DNA of 64,000 bases from Leptolyngbyaceae cyanobacterium (GTDB taxonomy: Bacteria; Cyanobacteriota; Cyanobacteriia; Phormidesmidales; Phormidesmidaceae). Under the pieces are notes generated by a model. It worked only from the letters and a program-made list of their open reading frames with translations, did not search any database and was not told the origin of the DNA. The translations under genes and the position numbers were made by a program. The stretch is from the NCBI GenBank assembly GCA_965263355.1, contig CBDHHL010000032.1:1984001-2048000 (forward strand), read 5' to 3'. Below are positions 31,606-41,779 of the stretch, in pieces (the stretch's first letter is position 1; each line of letters begins with the position of its first letter).

Positions 31606-32939
31606 AGTACTTCTTGTGCCGCAGTGGTGGTTGGGCGAATGAATTGGCCAGGGGTGATACGATGAATGCCCGAGTGAATAATTTGGTCGCCTGGTTGTAA
31701 TGTTCCTCTGACTAAAACACGATCACTTTGGGTATGTAAAATTTCTAACTCACTCCGCTGGGCAATAAACTGATCGCTGGATTCATCTTTGCCTAGAATA
31801 TAGCAATACCATAACCCCTGGGTCCCCTGAATCAATGCGGTTGTGGGCAACCAATATCCTTCAGTGTCAACAGCTTCAATAAGTTCTAGGTTAACGAGTT
31901 GGCCTGGAAAGATAGCTTCAGGAGACTCAGGCTGTAACTGCAAAATAACAGTAACTGTTCGTGTTTGACTGTCTAACTCAGGCTGTAGTGATGTGATTTG
32001 AGCCTGGTAAGACCGCTGATTAATGGATACTGACTGCAGGCTCCCCAACGTGAGTCGATGAATGCTCTCAATGGGGACTCCAACTCGAGCTTCCAAGATT
32101 GAATTTTCAGCTAACTGCAATATGGTTTGACCGGGAGCAATTACTGTGCCTTCATCCGCTAATCGAGAGACGATGGTACCTGCAAATGGAGCTTTTAATG
32201 TGCTGTTCCCTAAATCTAGTTCAATATTGTCAAGGCTGGCATTCAATTGTTCAACAACGGCGACTTGGGCGGCTATTTCCTCTTTGCGGGGACCTGCATT
32301 TAGCTCATCTAAACGACTTTGAGACTGACTCAAACGAGCTTCTAATTGATTGGATGCAGCCTCGACCTCATCTAACTCTTCTTTAGAAATGGCACCCTGG
32401 TCATAGAGCTCTTGCCGACTTAGTTGTCTGGCTTGTTCTAGCTTAAGTTGTTCTCTGATTTCAGTAATTTCGGCCTGTGCGATCTCGATTTCTTCAGGTC
32501 TTGTTCCTGCCTTTAACTCCTGCAGACGGGCCATTTCTTCGCTATGCTGTGCTTGTATCTGGGAGCGTTGAATAGTGAGTGAACCAGTCCCTAGAACAGC
32601 CAGCGGAGTTCCTTGTTCAACCCAGTCACCGTCATCGACCAGAATTTTGGTTACCTTACCTGTCCGTTCAAATCCTAGATCGCTACGACGACGAGCCACA
32701 ACCTGTCCAGTATAGACATGGGCTACCTGATAGGTGTCAACTGGTAACGCTTTAACAACTTCAACTGGTAACGCCCCGACTTCGATGCTACTATCATCAG
32801 CGGCCTGCACAGGCTGTTTACGAACTAGCCAACGATTCGAGGCCATGCCTACCAAAATGATCGAAAAAAGACATGGTAGGAGAATCCATTGAAGCCGAGG
32901 TCGCTTCTCTCTATTTAATATTTGACTGGCACGATTCAT
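31602..32939 (-). CDS. RND periplasmic adaptor (membrane fusion protein)
   Basis: N-terminal TM, lipoyl halves (GKVTKILVDDGD; LKAPFAGTI), long coiled coil. 4-bp overlap with the RND gene. Confidence 0.92.
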   Translation of the reverse strand: MNRASQILNREKRPRLQWILLPCLFSIILVGMASNRWLVRKQPVQAADDSSIEVGALPVEVVKALPVDTYQVAHVYTGQVVARRRSDLGFERTGKVTKILVDDGDWVEQGTPLAVLGTGSLTIQRSQIQAQHSEEMARLQELKAGTRPEEIEIAQAEITEIREQLKLEQARQLSRQELYDQGAISKEELDEVEAASNQLEARLSQSQSRLDELNAGPRKEEIAAQVAVVEQLNASLDNIELDLGNSTLKAPFAGTIVSRLADEGTVIAPGQTILQLAENSILEARVGVPIESIHRLTLGSLQSVSINQRSYQAQITSLQPELDSQTRTVTVILQLQPESPEAIFPGQLVNLELIEAVDTEGYWLPTTALIQGTQGLWYCYILGKDESSDQFIAQRSELEILHTQSDRVLVRGTLQPGDQIIHSGIHRITPGQFIRPTTTAAQEVL

Positions 32940-33128
32940 AGATTCTCCCCGTGTGTTGCGAAAACCCGCTTGTACGCTAGATTGTTGAAATCCAAAGAAA
33001 TTCTACGATCTTAAATAGAATGTAACAATGAATAATTTTTTGAAAAATTATTCAAGGAACTAGGCTGTAACCTATGACAAAGAGTGAGTTTAATAGTTTA
33101 TTGTTAACTAGACTATCAATGCTGCAAA

Positions 33129-34081
33129 CTATACCTGGCTACGAAACCATTGCAAAGTCGTTTCAATAGCCTTTGGCAAAGGTGTTGCGATATTTCCAAA
33201 TGTGTTGACAAACTTATCGTGGTTAACGATAAAAGGCTGCTCAAACTCATAAAATACTTCTAGCAGTTCCCCAGCAGGCTTTTTGAATAGGCCTACTAAC
33301 CGCAGCATCAGTTTGGAAACCATCTGATAGTTTGGCGTTCTTGACCGGCCTGTTGAAAAATTTGGTCAATAAATTGACGGGTTGTGATGGTTTCTGCACT
33401 GGGAATATGCCAGGCTTGGCCCAATGCGGCTTCCTGCTCCCCAAACAAAACAAGTGCAGCCCCTACATCTGAAATGTAGGTAAAGGTATGGGGTTGATCC
33501 ACATCGCCAAATACTTGGGCGGCTTTTCCAGCTAACGCCGCCTGAAAAACCTGTTCCCCCGCCGCAGAGACTCTTACATGGGGGCCAAAAAAGTCTGAAG
33601 CACGACCAATGGCAACCCTCACTTTCCCAGCCTTATGGGCATCCAACAGGTCTGTTGCCATTTTAGCCCTGACTTTACCCTTACGGGTGTGAGCAATATA
33701 AGGCATGGCCTCAGTCATAGGCTGACCATGGGTATCGCCATACATGTATAAATTATCCATAACAACCAGTTTGGCATCTGCGAACGCAGCCGCTTCAACA
33801 AGGCTATTCTGAAGTGCTGGAAAAAGCTCCGGCCAACGATGGTAGGGAGGATTTAGAGCATTATAAATAACAGATGCTCCCTTAGTAACCTCCCGGGCAA
33901 AGCTAGCAGATGATGCATCACCACCGACAACCTCTACACAATCTACTACAGGAGCCTTCCCAGTACGATTTACAAGTCTCACACGCTGTTTTTTATCCAA
34001 CAGGTGTTCCGCAATTGAAAAACCTACTGGACCTGTTCCAAAAACAACATGAAAATCTGTTTCAAGAAAATTATATGACAT
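33129..34081 (-). pseudogene. NAD-dependent epimerase/dehydratase, frameshifted near 33325 (pseudogene or sequence error)
   Basis: VFGTGPVG, DNLYMYG, KGKVRA, RASDFFGP in 33308-34081. The expected C-terminus (MVSKLMLRLVGLF...EVFYEFEQPFIVNHDKF) continues in another frame (33129-33323). Confidence 0.8.
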
Positions 34082-34444
34082 ATTTGATTTGCGCTCGACA
34101 ACCTATCGCTTGAGTAATAATATCCCCCTTTTCATATGGAAAGGCATTATGAATTGACATTACTACCTTCCTTGGCTTGAGCTTAGCAACCCCCTTGAAA
34201 TATCTGCTGAGCCTAACTAAAAAGATATCTGATAACTTATATACATCAGATATCTTTTTAGTTTTTAAGACCTGCGATAAAATCATGAACAAAGCAAAGT
34301 TTTGTGATGATAGATTTGTAGGCTAATATAAGGCATCTAGACCAGAAGTTATGCCATCTAGAGCTTGTTAGCTCAAATTGTGAGCACATACATTTATGCT
34401 GCCAACCATCCTTATAATTCTGGATAAAAGGCCATTTTGACATG

Positions 34445-35254
34445 TTACTCTAAAGAACCGGTGCCTGAGTAACGCTTAAATACCACTAACCCAACTCCCA
34501 TTACAATCATCCCAAAAACGCTATTACTTAAGTCGGGAACGGGAGTTGTTTCAATTTCTTGAAGAACTCTGTCAGCCCTGCCTTCAATAAATAATAAACC
34601 AGTTGTATCGACTGGAGCACCAGCAGCTTGCAGGAAATCACTAAAATCTTGAGCAATTGTAAGATCAATATCTTGCAATATTAAGGTTGAAGCAGCAGGA
34701 TCTAAATCAAATACTCCAACTTCAACATCGAATAAACGAAGCTCTGGATTACGTTGTTCGTCCTCTTGAGCCACGAAGGTCTGAAAATCTGGGCTAAAAA
34801 TATTCGAAGGAACAAAAGTTGAGAAGTTATCAAATTCCAAAACCGAATCTAAATCAAGCTTTGTGGTATCAACATCAAATGTAATAGCCGTATCAAACGA
34901 CTCTATACCCCCTGTAGGGAAAGGCTCTATACCCTCCAATGCAACTGGAAGAAGAAAGCCTCCACCAACGTCAACAGCTTCAAAAGCTAACGTGCTACGA
35001 CGTAAAGATGTCGAATCTGGAGGAATAAATTGAAAACCAAAGTCAAATCCTGGTGCTGGATTAGCCGTTATCTCGGGTGGAAGGAGGGTTAATCCCAAAT
35101 CCTCTAGAATTTCAATTGTTTCGGGTACAAATCGAACGCTTTCACTCCCATCAACCTCTAAAAAAGTTTGAGCTACAGCTGGACTAACTAGTCCAAACGA
35201 GAGAGTTAAGGCAGACAATAGATTTAAGGGAAACTGAAACTTAGGCTCCAACAT
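34445..35254 (-). CDS. PEP-CTERM-like exported acidic protein (VPDL variant)
   Basis: Signal peptide ...SPAVA; C-terminal PVPDLSN + TM + KR; paralogous to 35586-36371. Likely start MLEPK at 35254. Confidence 0.78.
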   Translation of the reverse strand: MLEPKFQFPLNLLSALTLSFGLVSPAVAQTFLEVDGSESVRFVPETIEILEDLGLTLLPPEITANPAPGFDFGFQFIPPDSTSLRRSTLAFEAVDVGGGFLLPVALEGIEPFPTGGIESFDTAITFDVDTTKLDLDSVLEFDNFSTFVPSNIFSPDFQTFVAQEDEQRNPELRLFDVEVGVFDLDPAASTLILQDIDLTIAQDFSDFLQAAGAPVDTTGLLFIEGRADRVLQEIETTPVPDLSNSVFGMIVMGVGLVVFKRYSGTGSLE

Positions 35255-35380
35255 AGCTAAAAACCTGGAAAACACCTTAGATATTTGAATGGATAATACG
35301 CCAAATGATTGTTCGCGTTGGAAACAAAATACACTCATAGCCAGAGAGTAATGTAACTTTTATTATCATTTTTTCTCTTA

Positions 35381-35559
35381 TAGCGCTTTAGGGATAAGGG
35401 AGGATATGGAAATAAAACTATCTAATACCAAATCCGAATCCAGTCAGTTCAATTGAAAACAGATAATCCTGTAGGGGCGGTGCCTCGTGCCCGTCCTGCG
35501 ATATCGGATGGAGGCAACTCGAATTCGCATAAGACCGTTCCCTTACCCTCAAAGCACTA
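35381..35559. repeat. Diverged copy B of the ~110-bp repeat (35424-35532) nested in a 21-bp imperfect inverted repeat
   Basis: TACCAAATCCGAAT...AATCCTGTAGGGGC...GATATCGG matches copies A and C. Outer arms 35381-35401 and 35539-35559 pair at 17/21 positions. Confidence 0.6.
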
Positions 35560-35585
35560 ACAGAAAAGAGAGTTGGCAGACCTAA

Positions 35586-36371
35586 TTATGCTGGATGGTT
35601 TAAAGCGACATTAGGGTAGTCACCATCTTTTTTACTTATATACTTGAACTTTTTCAGAGCTAAAAGACCAACCGCTGTAGCTAAAAGACCTGGCCAAACA
35701 TTGGGTTCAGGCACAGCAGCCACCTCTCTGAAAGTTCTAAATTCATGTGCCTCAGCAATCTTTAGACCAGCAACTGACTGAGTCGCACCAGCCTCAGTTA
35801 AAAAGTCACTAAATTCTTGAGAGATGAATACGTCGACGCCATCCACTGTCCAGCTATTAGTGGCTATGTCATAGATTGGTCCACTGGGCAATCCTAAATC
35901 AGTAAGTCGAGCATTTGTTGTCACTGTATCAATCGCAAAGAAATTAAAGTCGTCATCAAACGCGATTGTGTTGTCACCTACAATTAATTGTGATTCAAGT
36001 GCTAGCTTACTGGTATCAACATCAAATGTTAGGGTGCCATCAAATTCCTCAACACCTTCTAAAGGTAAGTCAAAGCCAGTCTCTGGATCATAGAGAAAGC
36101 GATAGGTTGTACCACGGACACCAGGTTCTGAACTAGGTGGAAGGAGATCCCAACCGTAGGTATAGCCTTCAAAAGGTTCTGCTGTACTTTCTCCTTCGAC
36201 GAAGGATAGGCCTATTGATTCTAATACATCAAGACCTTCTGGTACTAGACGAACACTATCTACACCGTCTATCTCTTCATAAACTCTAGGCTGTGCATTA
36301 GCCGACACTGGCAATAGCACGCTCAAAGCAGGCAACAATCCTAAAGTAAATATGGATAGGAAACGAGACAT
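35586..36371 (-). CDS. PEP-CTERM protein
   Basis: Signal peptide ...VSANA; VPEPNVWPGLLATAVGLLALKK. Confidence 0.88.
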   Translation of the reverse strand: MSRFLSIFTLGLLPALSVLLPVSANAQPRVYEEIDGVDSVRLVPEGLDVLESIGLSFVEGESTAEPFEGYTYGWDLLPPSSEPGVRGTTYRFLYDPETGFDLPLEGVEEFDGTLTFDVDTSKLALESQLIVGDNTIAFDDDFNFFAIDTVTTNARLTDLGLPSGPIYDIATNSWTVDGVDVFISQEFSDFLTEAGATQSVAGLKIAEAHEFRTFREVAAVPEPNVWPGLLATAVGLLALKKFKYISKKDGDYPNVALNHPA

Positions 36372-36606
36372 ATTTAATATTCTCCCAAGTTATCAAGTTG
36401 ATACAGTTAGCTTAAATAGCACAAGAGTACTATATTGCACTACTAAACATCAGCAATGGCATATTAGAGGTGCTGCAAAATAGATAGACAAAATAGCTCA
36501 ATCCCTTTCGCATTAATGGATTCAGTTTTTGCAACGCAAAATCAACTGGGATCCTTTTTTGCCAAAGGGTTTAAGTCCAGCAGGTCCTTATATCAAAACA
36601 CGTCTA

Positions 36607-37596
36607 TTATTGAGACAATTTTGTCTTCCGCTTAAGCCCCACTAGCCCCCACAGTCCAAACATGGATAAACCTAGAACAATAGAAGGTTCTGGAACTTTT
36701 TCTGCTTCTTCCAAAGGGACAGCTCTTAACGTCATAGGGAATGGAAATGATAAGACACCAAATCCATTGCCTACACTAAAAATAGGATCTTGCACCTGTG
36801 ATTCTTCATAAACTGCTTGAATCCCGCCACCAGAAGAATCAACATCCTGTAAAAACGAATCAGCCAGTCCGGAAAGTAAAGGATCTAATCCATCTACTTT
36901 GGCCACAGAGAATGGATCGGAGAAGATGGCATCAAAGTCATCATCAATCTCCGGCGTTTCACCGTATTCCAAAATGTTATAGAAATCGGAATAGCCAAAG
37001 CTAAGGATCTTAGTAGTATCTTGGACCAAAAAGATCTCTACATCATCTGGATTAGCTGTATAAATTCTTTCTTCTACCGTAGAGTTAGAGTCGGCAAACC
37101 AATCTTTACCAAACTCATCATCACCCAGATTCCACGTTTGAGTAAAGTCTTTTCCTTCTCGCTGTCCGTAGCCTAGACCAATGGAATTGAGGGAAATAGT
37201 ATTATCGTTCAAGTAGCTTGAAAAAGATGAAAACCCAAGGATATCAGTCAAACTACTAGAACGAGTTGTTCCAGTAGAGGGTTCTTCTGGACTGGCACTT
37301 TTTCCTGTAGTGTAATAAGGTGCAATATTACCGGGAGAATTGCGACTGATTTCTACATGACCTACGTCTGGTGCTGTAAAATCCAGATTAAAAAAAGCTG
37401 TAAATCCTTGGTTATCAGCAGGATCTCCAGATAGAAATAGCTGATTGTCTGACTGCAAAGGTCGAGTCGTAATATTTTCTAGCTGAGTATAGTCGTACTG
37501 ACTGAGATCAAAGTCAGCCGCTTTCGCTGGCAATGGAACAAATGCGACCAGACTACCACCCAACAATAAGTGGGTAAGAACAATTTTCTCTTTCAT
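36607..37596 (-). CDS. PEP-CTERM protein
   Basis: Signal peptide MKEK...LPAKA (likely start 37596); VPEPSIVLGLSMFGLWGLVGLKRK. Confidence 0.9.
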   Translation of the reverse strand: MKEKIVLTHLLLGGSLVAFVPLPAKAADFDLSQYDYTQLENITTRPLQSDNQLFLSGDPADNQGFTAFFNLDFTAPDVGHVEISRNSPGNIAPYYTTGKSASPEEPSTGTTRSSSLTDILGFSSFSSYLNDNTISLNSIGLGYGQREGKDFTQTWNLGDDEFGKDWFADSNSTVEERIYTANPDDVEIFLVQDTTKILSFGYSDFYNILEYGETPEIDDDFDAIFSDPFSVAKVDGLDPLLSGLADSFLQDVDSSGGGIQAVYEESQVQDPIFSVGNGFGVLSFPFPMTLRAVPLEEAEKVPEPSIVLGLSMFGLWGLVGLKRKTKLSQ

Positions 37597-37883
37597 ATTT
37601 AAGGAAACTGTCAACAAAAAAAACAACTCTATAGATCTAATCGGTTCAATGTCCCCTAAAGGCCTAATAAAAAGGTCAGACTTTTTCATGCGCTAAAAAC
37701 ACTTTGATCCTTCTATTGTGCTTGACCTCTTATAAAGTGAAGTTATTGATATAGATCATCTTCATATATTATAACTACTGTTCCAGTCCGTTGAAGGCTC
37801 TTCATCAGTAGTTAGAAAGAAAGTGATCATTTGTAAAAATAAAGTCCATATATAGCAGATTGCTTTTATATCAAACTTTATTT

Positions 37884-38624
37884 TTATTCAGAAAAACGAT
37901 GACGTAATCTAAAAATTACAAAGGCTAAAGCCAGATACCAAAAATTAAGCAACGTCGTACTAATAAAAACGGTAGAGTCAAATAAGCTGATGCCTAAATC
38001 TCCTAACAGACTCAAAAACCATGCGATAGCTACTACAATACCGAACCAACTTATCCACTTAGGCATGTATTGAAAGCGTAGTACTGAGATCGCAATCCCT
38101 CCCACCCAGAGAGCCGTAAAAAATTGCACACCGATATACTCGCCTGTCTTGCCAGCATAGAGATTGAAGCTATCGTACAGTAGTGAAACAGTCTCCTGGG
38201 TTAATGGGGAACTCTCTGGTGCGCCATAACGATCTGCTAAATAAGGCATTAAAAATAGCCATCGCACAATACCCAGGCATTTCATTGCGCCGCTTAGTAC
38301 TCCAAACGCTGTGGCACTTAGCAACAGTAGATTTTGTTTTGATGTAAGCAGGATACAGCACAGTGAGATCGCAAGTGGAACAAGCAAAATAGCAGATATA
38401 AGATAGCTATAATATCCAAAAAGAACTGCCCAGTGATGGGCAGCTAACTGTGGAAGAACAACCGATGCAGGTTCGCCCAGGCTAGCGGGCCAGTCGATCG
38501 CCTGGGCCAGGACACCAAAGGCAATCATAAAAAAGCCAAACTCTAAAACTAATAGTAGTGAGGCAACCCGAGGAAGATTACCCTTTAGTTCCATAGTTTG
38601 TGCATGCTGAGAGGGTATTTGCAT
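37884..38624 (-). CDS. DUF4386-like membrane protein
   Basis: About 6 TM helices; DWPASLGEP, GIVRW.FLMP, GEYIG motifs. Confidence 0.7.
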   Translation of the reverse strand: MQIPSQHAQTMELKGNLPRVASLLLVLEFGFFMIAFGVLAQAIDWPASLGEPASVVLPQLAAHHWAVLFGYYSYLISAILLVPLAISLCCILLTSKQNLLLLSATAFGVLSGAMKCLGIVRWLFLMPYLADRYGAPESSPLTQETVSLLYDSFNLYAGKTGEYIGVQFFTALWVGGIAISVLRFQYMPKWISWFGIVVAIAWFLSLLGDLGISLFDSTVFISTTLLNFWYLALAFVIFRLRHRFSE

Positions 38625-38697
38625 AATTTATACAAGTAATGCGCCTAAAGTGTTGGCAACTGAAAATCGATCAGCAACACTAGCAAATTTCAGTCCT

Positions 38698-39882
38698 TTA
38701 ATAGGCTTTTCTGTCACCCTTGAAGAATGTCAGGAAAAAGCCCAGAATTATAAATGTTAATAACATTGGGCTAAATAAATGCCGATTGCCCAGGTATTGC
38801 ATGGCTGCTCCAGACAAAATTGGGCCAAGGCTACAGCCCACACTGTAAGCAGTTGTAAACAGACCACTCCCCGATGGTAACTCTCGTTCTGGTAGTTGAC
38901 TAGCAATAATTGCTAGGGCTAGGGGAAAAATTGGGCTCATTGCAGCCCCTGTTACAAATGCAAGCAGTTTTACTAACAGTAGATTTTCTGTTAGAGATAA
39001 TCCCAAAACGGACAACACAATGATGATCGTACTAAGCCAAAGGATTCTTATTCGGTCCCAACGATCGGCAAGGTAAGTAACAGGAATAGTCGCTAGCAAT
39101 CCCCCCAGGATAAATGCACTAAAGGTATAGCCGATTTGAGCTACAGCATATTGTTGTCGTAGTAGAAAAACTGGATAGAGGGACACTAAACTGGCAATGG
39201 CTACACCATAGGAAAATGCTCCCTGGAGGGGTAGTTTAATTCGTTTGAAAACGCGAAAATTCAGTCGTTTGAAACGAATACTCTTTTCAGGCAGACCCAC
39301 TAGGGTAATTAAAATACCGCTGAGGATAATTAAGCTACCTAAACTAAATGTGATCCTGGGAGAAAGATCATAGGCAGCAGCTCCAATCAGTGGGCCCAAG
39401 CCAAACCCTAAGCTAAAACAAAGGGCGTCAATGCCATTAACAGTGGCTCGATTACTGTCGGTACAAAAGTAATTGATAGCCGTCTGACCTGAAATTAGGT
39501 AGAGACAGACCGCACACCCCATCAAGGTTCGCAGAACAAACCACAAAAATAGATTATTGGTTAATGGAAATATAGGAGCGATAATTCCCATAAACGCAAA
39601 CCCAATTATCATGGTTTTACGTAGTCCGATGCGTTGGAGTAGGATTGCTACCATCGGTGTACCAAGGGCAGTTGCCAAGAAGTAGACAGTTGAATTCGCA
39701 CCGATCCAGAAATCTGAAACGCCCTGCTGGGTCATCAGTGTAGAAATAAAGGGATTGAACAATCCTAAGGAAAGCCCCGATAAAAAGGCAACTGCATATA
39801 GGGCTGGAAGCCCCTTGGAAAAGGGAGATACAGATGGAGGCGAAGATACTTTTTGCATTTCAAAACTCGTGATTGATGACAA
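38698..39882 (-). CDS. Major facilitator superfamily transporter
   Basis: About 12 TM helices; loop motifs LLQRIGLRK and YLADRWDRIR; GLGPLIG. Start may be ATG 39858. Confidence 0.9.
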   Translation of the reverse strand: MSSITSFEMQKVSSPPSVSPFSKGLPALYAVAFLSGLSLGLFNPFISTLMTQQGVSDFWIGANSTVYFLATALGTPMVAILLQRIGLRKTMIIGFAFMGIIAPIFPLTNNLFLWFVLRTLMGCAVCLYLISGQTAINYFCTDSNRATVNGIDALCFSLGFGLGPLIGAAAYDLSPRITFSLGSLIILSGILITLVGLPEKSIRFKRLNFRVFKRIKLPLQGAFSYGVAIASLVSLYPVFLLRQQYAVAQIGYTFSAFILGGLLATIPVTYLADRWDRIRILWLSTIIIVLSVLGLSLTENLLLVKLLAFVTGAAMSPIFPLALAIIASQLPERELPSGSGLFTTAYSVGCSLGPILSGAAMQYLGNRHLFSPMLLTFIILGFFLTFFKGDRKAY

Positions 39883-40811
39883 CTTTAGATAAGCATTATC
39901 AATGATTTGAAAAATTAAACACGCATTAGTTTGAAGAACTACTAGCCAAGTTGCTTAAAAAATATGATCTACGGGCCTGACAAATAAGTAGCTTTAAAAA
40001 GCTTAGTTTGAATAGCTGGCACCTTCAATAGACTATCCTTTGGTTTTTTTTGAAAAAATTTATAATTTTGTTGATCAAGGCCAGATAGAAGTAGTCCAGG
40101 AGGAAAGCACCGAAATAAAATCTCAGGTAAGGGCTAACAATGACCAATGGTGATGACGTTCTATAATTCATCACTACAATTGGGTAGGCTTTTTGAATTT
40201 TCATGAAGATATTGAAAACTCTGCAGAATTCTCTTGGCTTTCTTTGGAGATCCCTCGAAGAAGTCATCATAATACATCGGGCACTTCAATTTTTGTGTTC
40301 AGATTTTAAGTTGTTTATTGTCTAAAAAGCCATTAAGTACCCTTTAGGGTACTAGGTAAACTAGGCCTCAGGTTTGACAATTCATGTATCAAATGGGTTA
40401 AATCTGTTTTTATGATCAATCACTCTAAACACTAATCAGGCCCTGAAATTGACAGTTAGAATACAGGAGCCTAGCCCATACAAACTAGCCAGACCCCTTG
40501 CAGTTTTCTGCCAGTAAGTCCGCTATTATAGTTGACCAACTGTAGTAGAAAGTGAAGAACTTTCCGATCTGACCAACTCTAATATATAGATGAATCAAGC
40601 TTTATAGAGTTTACAGAGAGTTTTTTGATCCGAACAAGGGAAATTAGCTCTCATAAGCGTTGTTCTTATTTTTTGCAGATTTTTTCAAATTCTACACTAG
40701 TTGTCCGAAGGAATAGGCCCATGATTCAGAAGTGGGCAGCCGTAGAAACCTGTGAGTTGATTTAGCTCATTTGAGTAGAACCGCTATATCTATATTAAGA
40801 AGAGAATTAAA

Positions 40812-41609
40812 GTGATGTCCAAAATTTTGATAATCTCGGATTCTTCAAAGACCCTTGATTTCTTTCGGCAGTGCCTATGCAGTGAAGGATATCAAATACT
40901 CACTGCATCTGATGGGCTAGAGGGAATTAATCTGGCACAATGTAGACAACCTGATTTAATCATCTGTGATGTTCTCGCTTCACAGGACGACTGCTACGCC
41001 GTATTATCTCATTTGCGAGATAATATAGATACAGCGATTATTCCTTTTATATTCCTAACCACCAGATTTTCTAGGGAAGAAACCCGTTATGGTATGGTTC
41101 TTGGTGCCGACGACTATCTGATTAAACCCTATACAACTGAAGAGATCCTGAGTGCTGTCTCAGCTCGACTTAGTAGACAGAAAATACTTAGGCAATGGTA
41201 CACAAGCGAATACCAAATCCAGCAATCTAACCAGTTCTCTCACATAGAACATGAATTGCCTCCTAAGACCGATTCTATTTTCCCTAATATCCCTAAACTA
41301 GAGAAGATTTTTACCTTCATTGAGAAAAATTTTCGTCAGTCGATCACCCTGGGAGACATTGCAAAAGTGATGAATTATTCTCCAACGTACATGACACATC
41401 TCGTTAAGTGCAAAACGCAGCGCAGCGTTCACCGTTGGATCATTGAACGGCGCATGTTAGAGGCCAGAAAGTTATTATTGGAGGGTGGCCTCACAGTTAA
41501 GGAAATCGCACTACAAGTTGGCTACAATGAACCCTGTTACTTTACACGACAGTTTAAAAAACATCACCAGGTCTCTCCTACAGCTTGGCAAGAGAAAAAT
41601 GGTTTCTGA
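40812..41609 (+). CDS. Response regulator with AraC-type HTH output
   Basis: REC (PDLIICD, FLT, GADDYLIKP) plus AraC HTH (ITLGDIAK...YSPTY...IALQVGYNEPCYFTRQFKK). Confidence 0.9.
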   Translation: MMSKILIISDSSKTLDFFRQCLCSEGYQILTASDGLEGINLAQCRQPDLIICDVLASQDDCYAVLSHLRDNIDTAIIPFIFLTTRFSREETRYGMVLGADDYLIKPYTTEEILSAVSARLSRQKILRQWYTSEYQIQQSNQFSHIEHELPPKTDSIFPNIPKLEKIFTFIEKNFRQSITLGDIAKVMNYSPTYMTHLVKCKTQRSVHRWIIERRMLEARKLLLEGGLTVKEIALQVGYNEPCYFTRQFKKHHQVSPTAWQEKNGF

Positions 41610-41670
41610 TTAATTAGTAGGAAATTCGGACAAGGTACACCCCCTAAGCGATTACTCATTAGGGTATAAG

Positions 41671-41779
41671 ATACACTTCCGAATTTATTGAAACCCGATT
41701 AAAAATGGACAATCCTAAAAGGGCACTCACAAGGTAGTGCCCTTTGATACCGGACACCACCAGTCAGGATTTTGTATGA
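41671..41779. repeat. Dispersed ~110-bp REP/MITE-like repeat, copy C (overlaps the NRPS stop codon)
   Basis: 26-nt identity with copy A, hairpin AAAGGGCACT...AGTGCCCTTT, end CAGGATTTTGTA. Confidence 0.75.

Noticed and set aside
34071..34443. Two short ORFs (73 and 61 aa) upstream of the epimerase
   Set aside because: No motif or RiPP-like leader/core pattern; likely promoter DNA.
40025..40270. 81-aa ORF in the MFS/regulator gap
   Set aside because: AT-rich, no RBS or family features; likely spurious.
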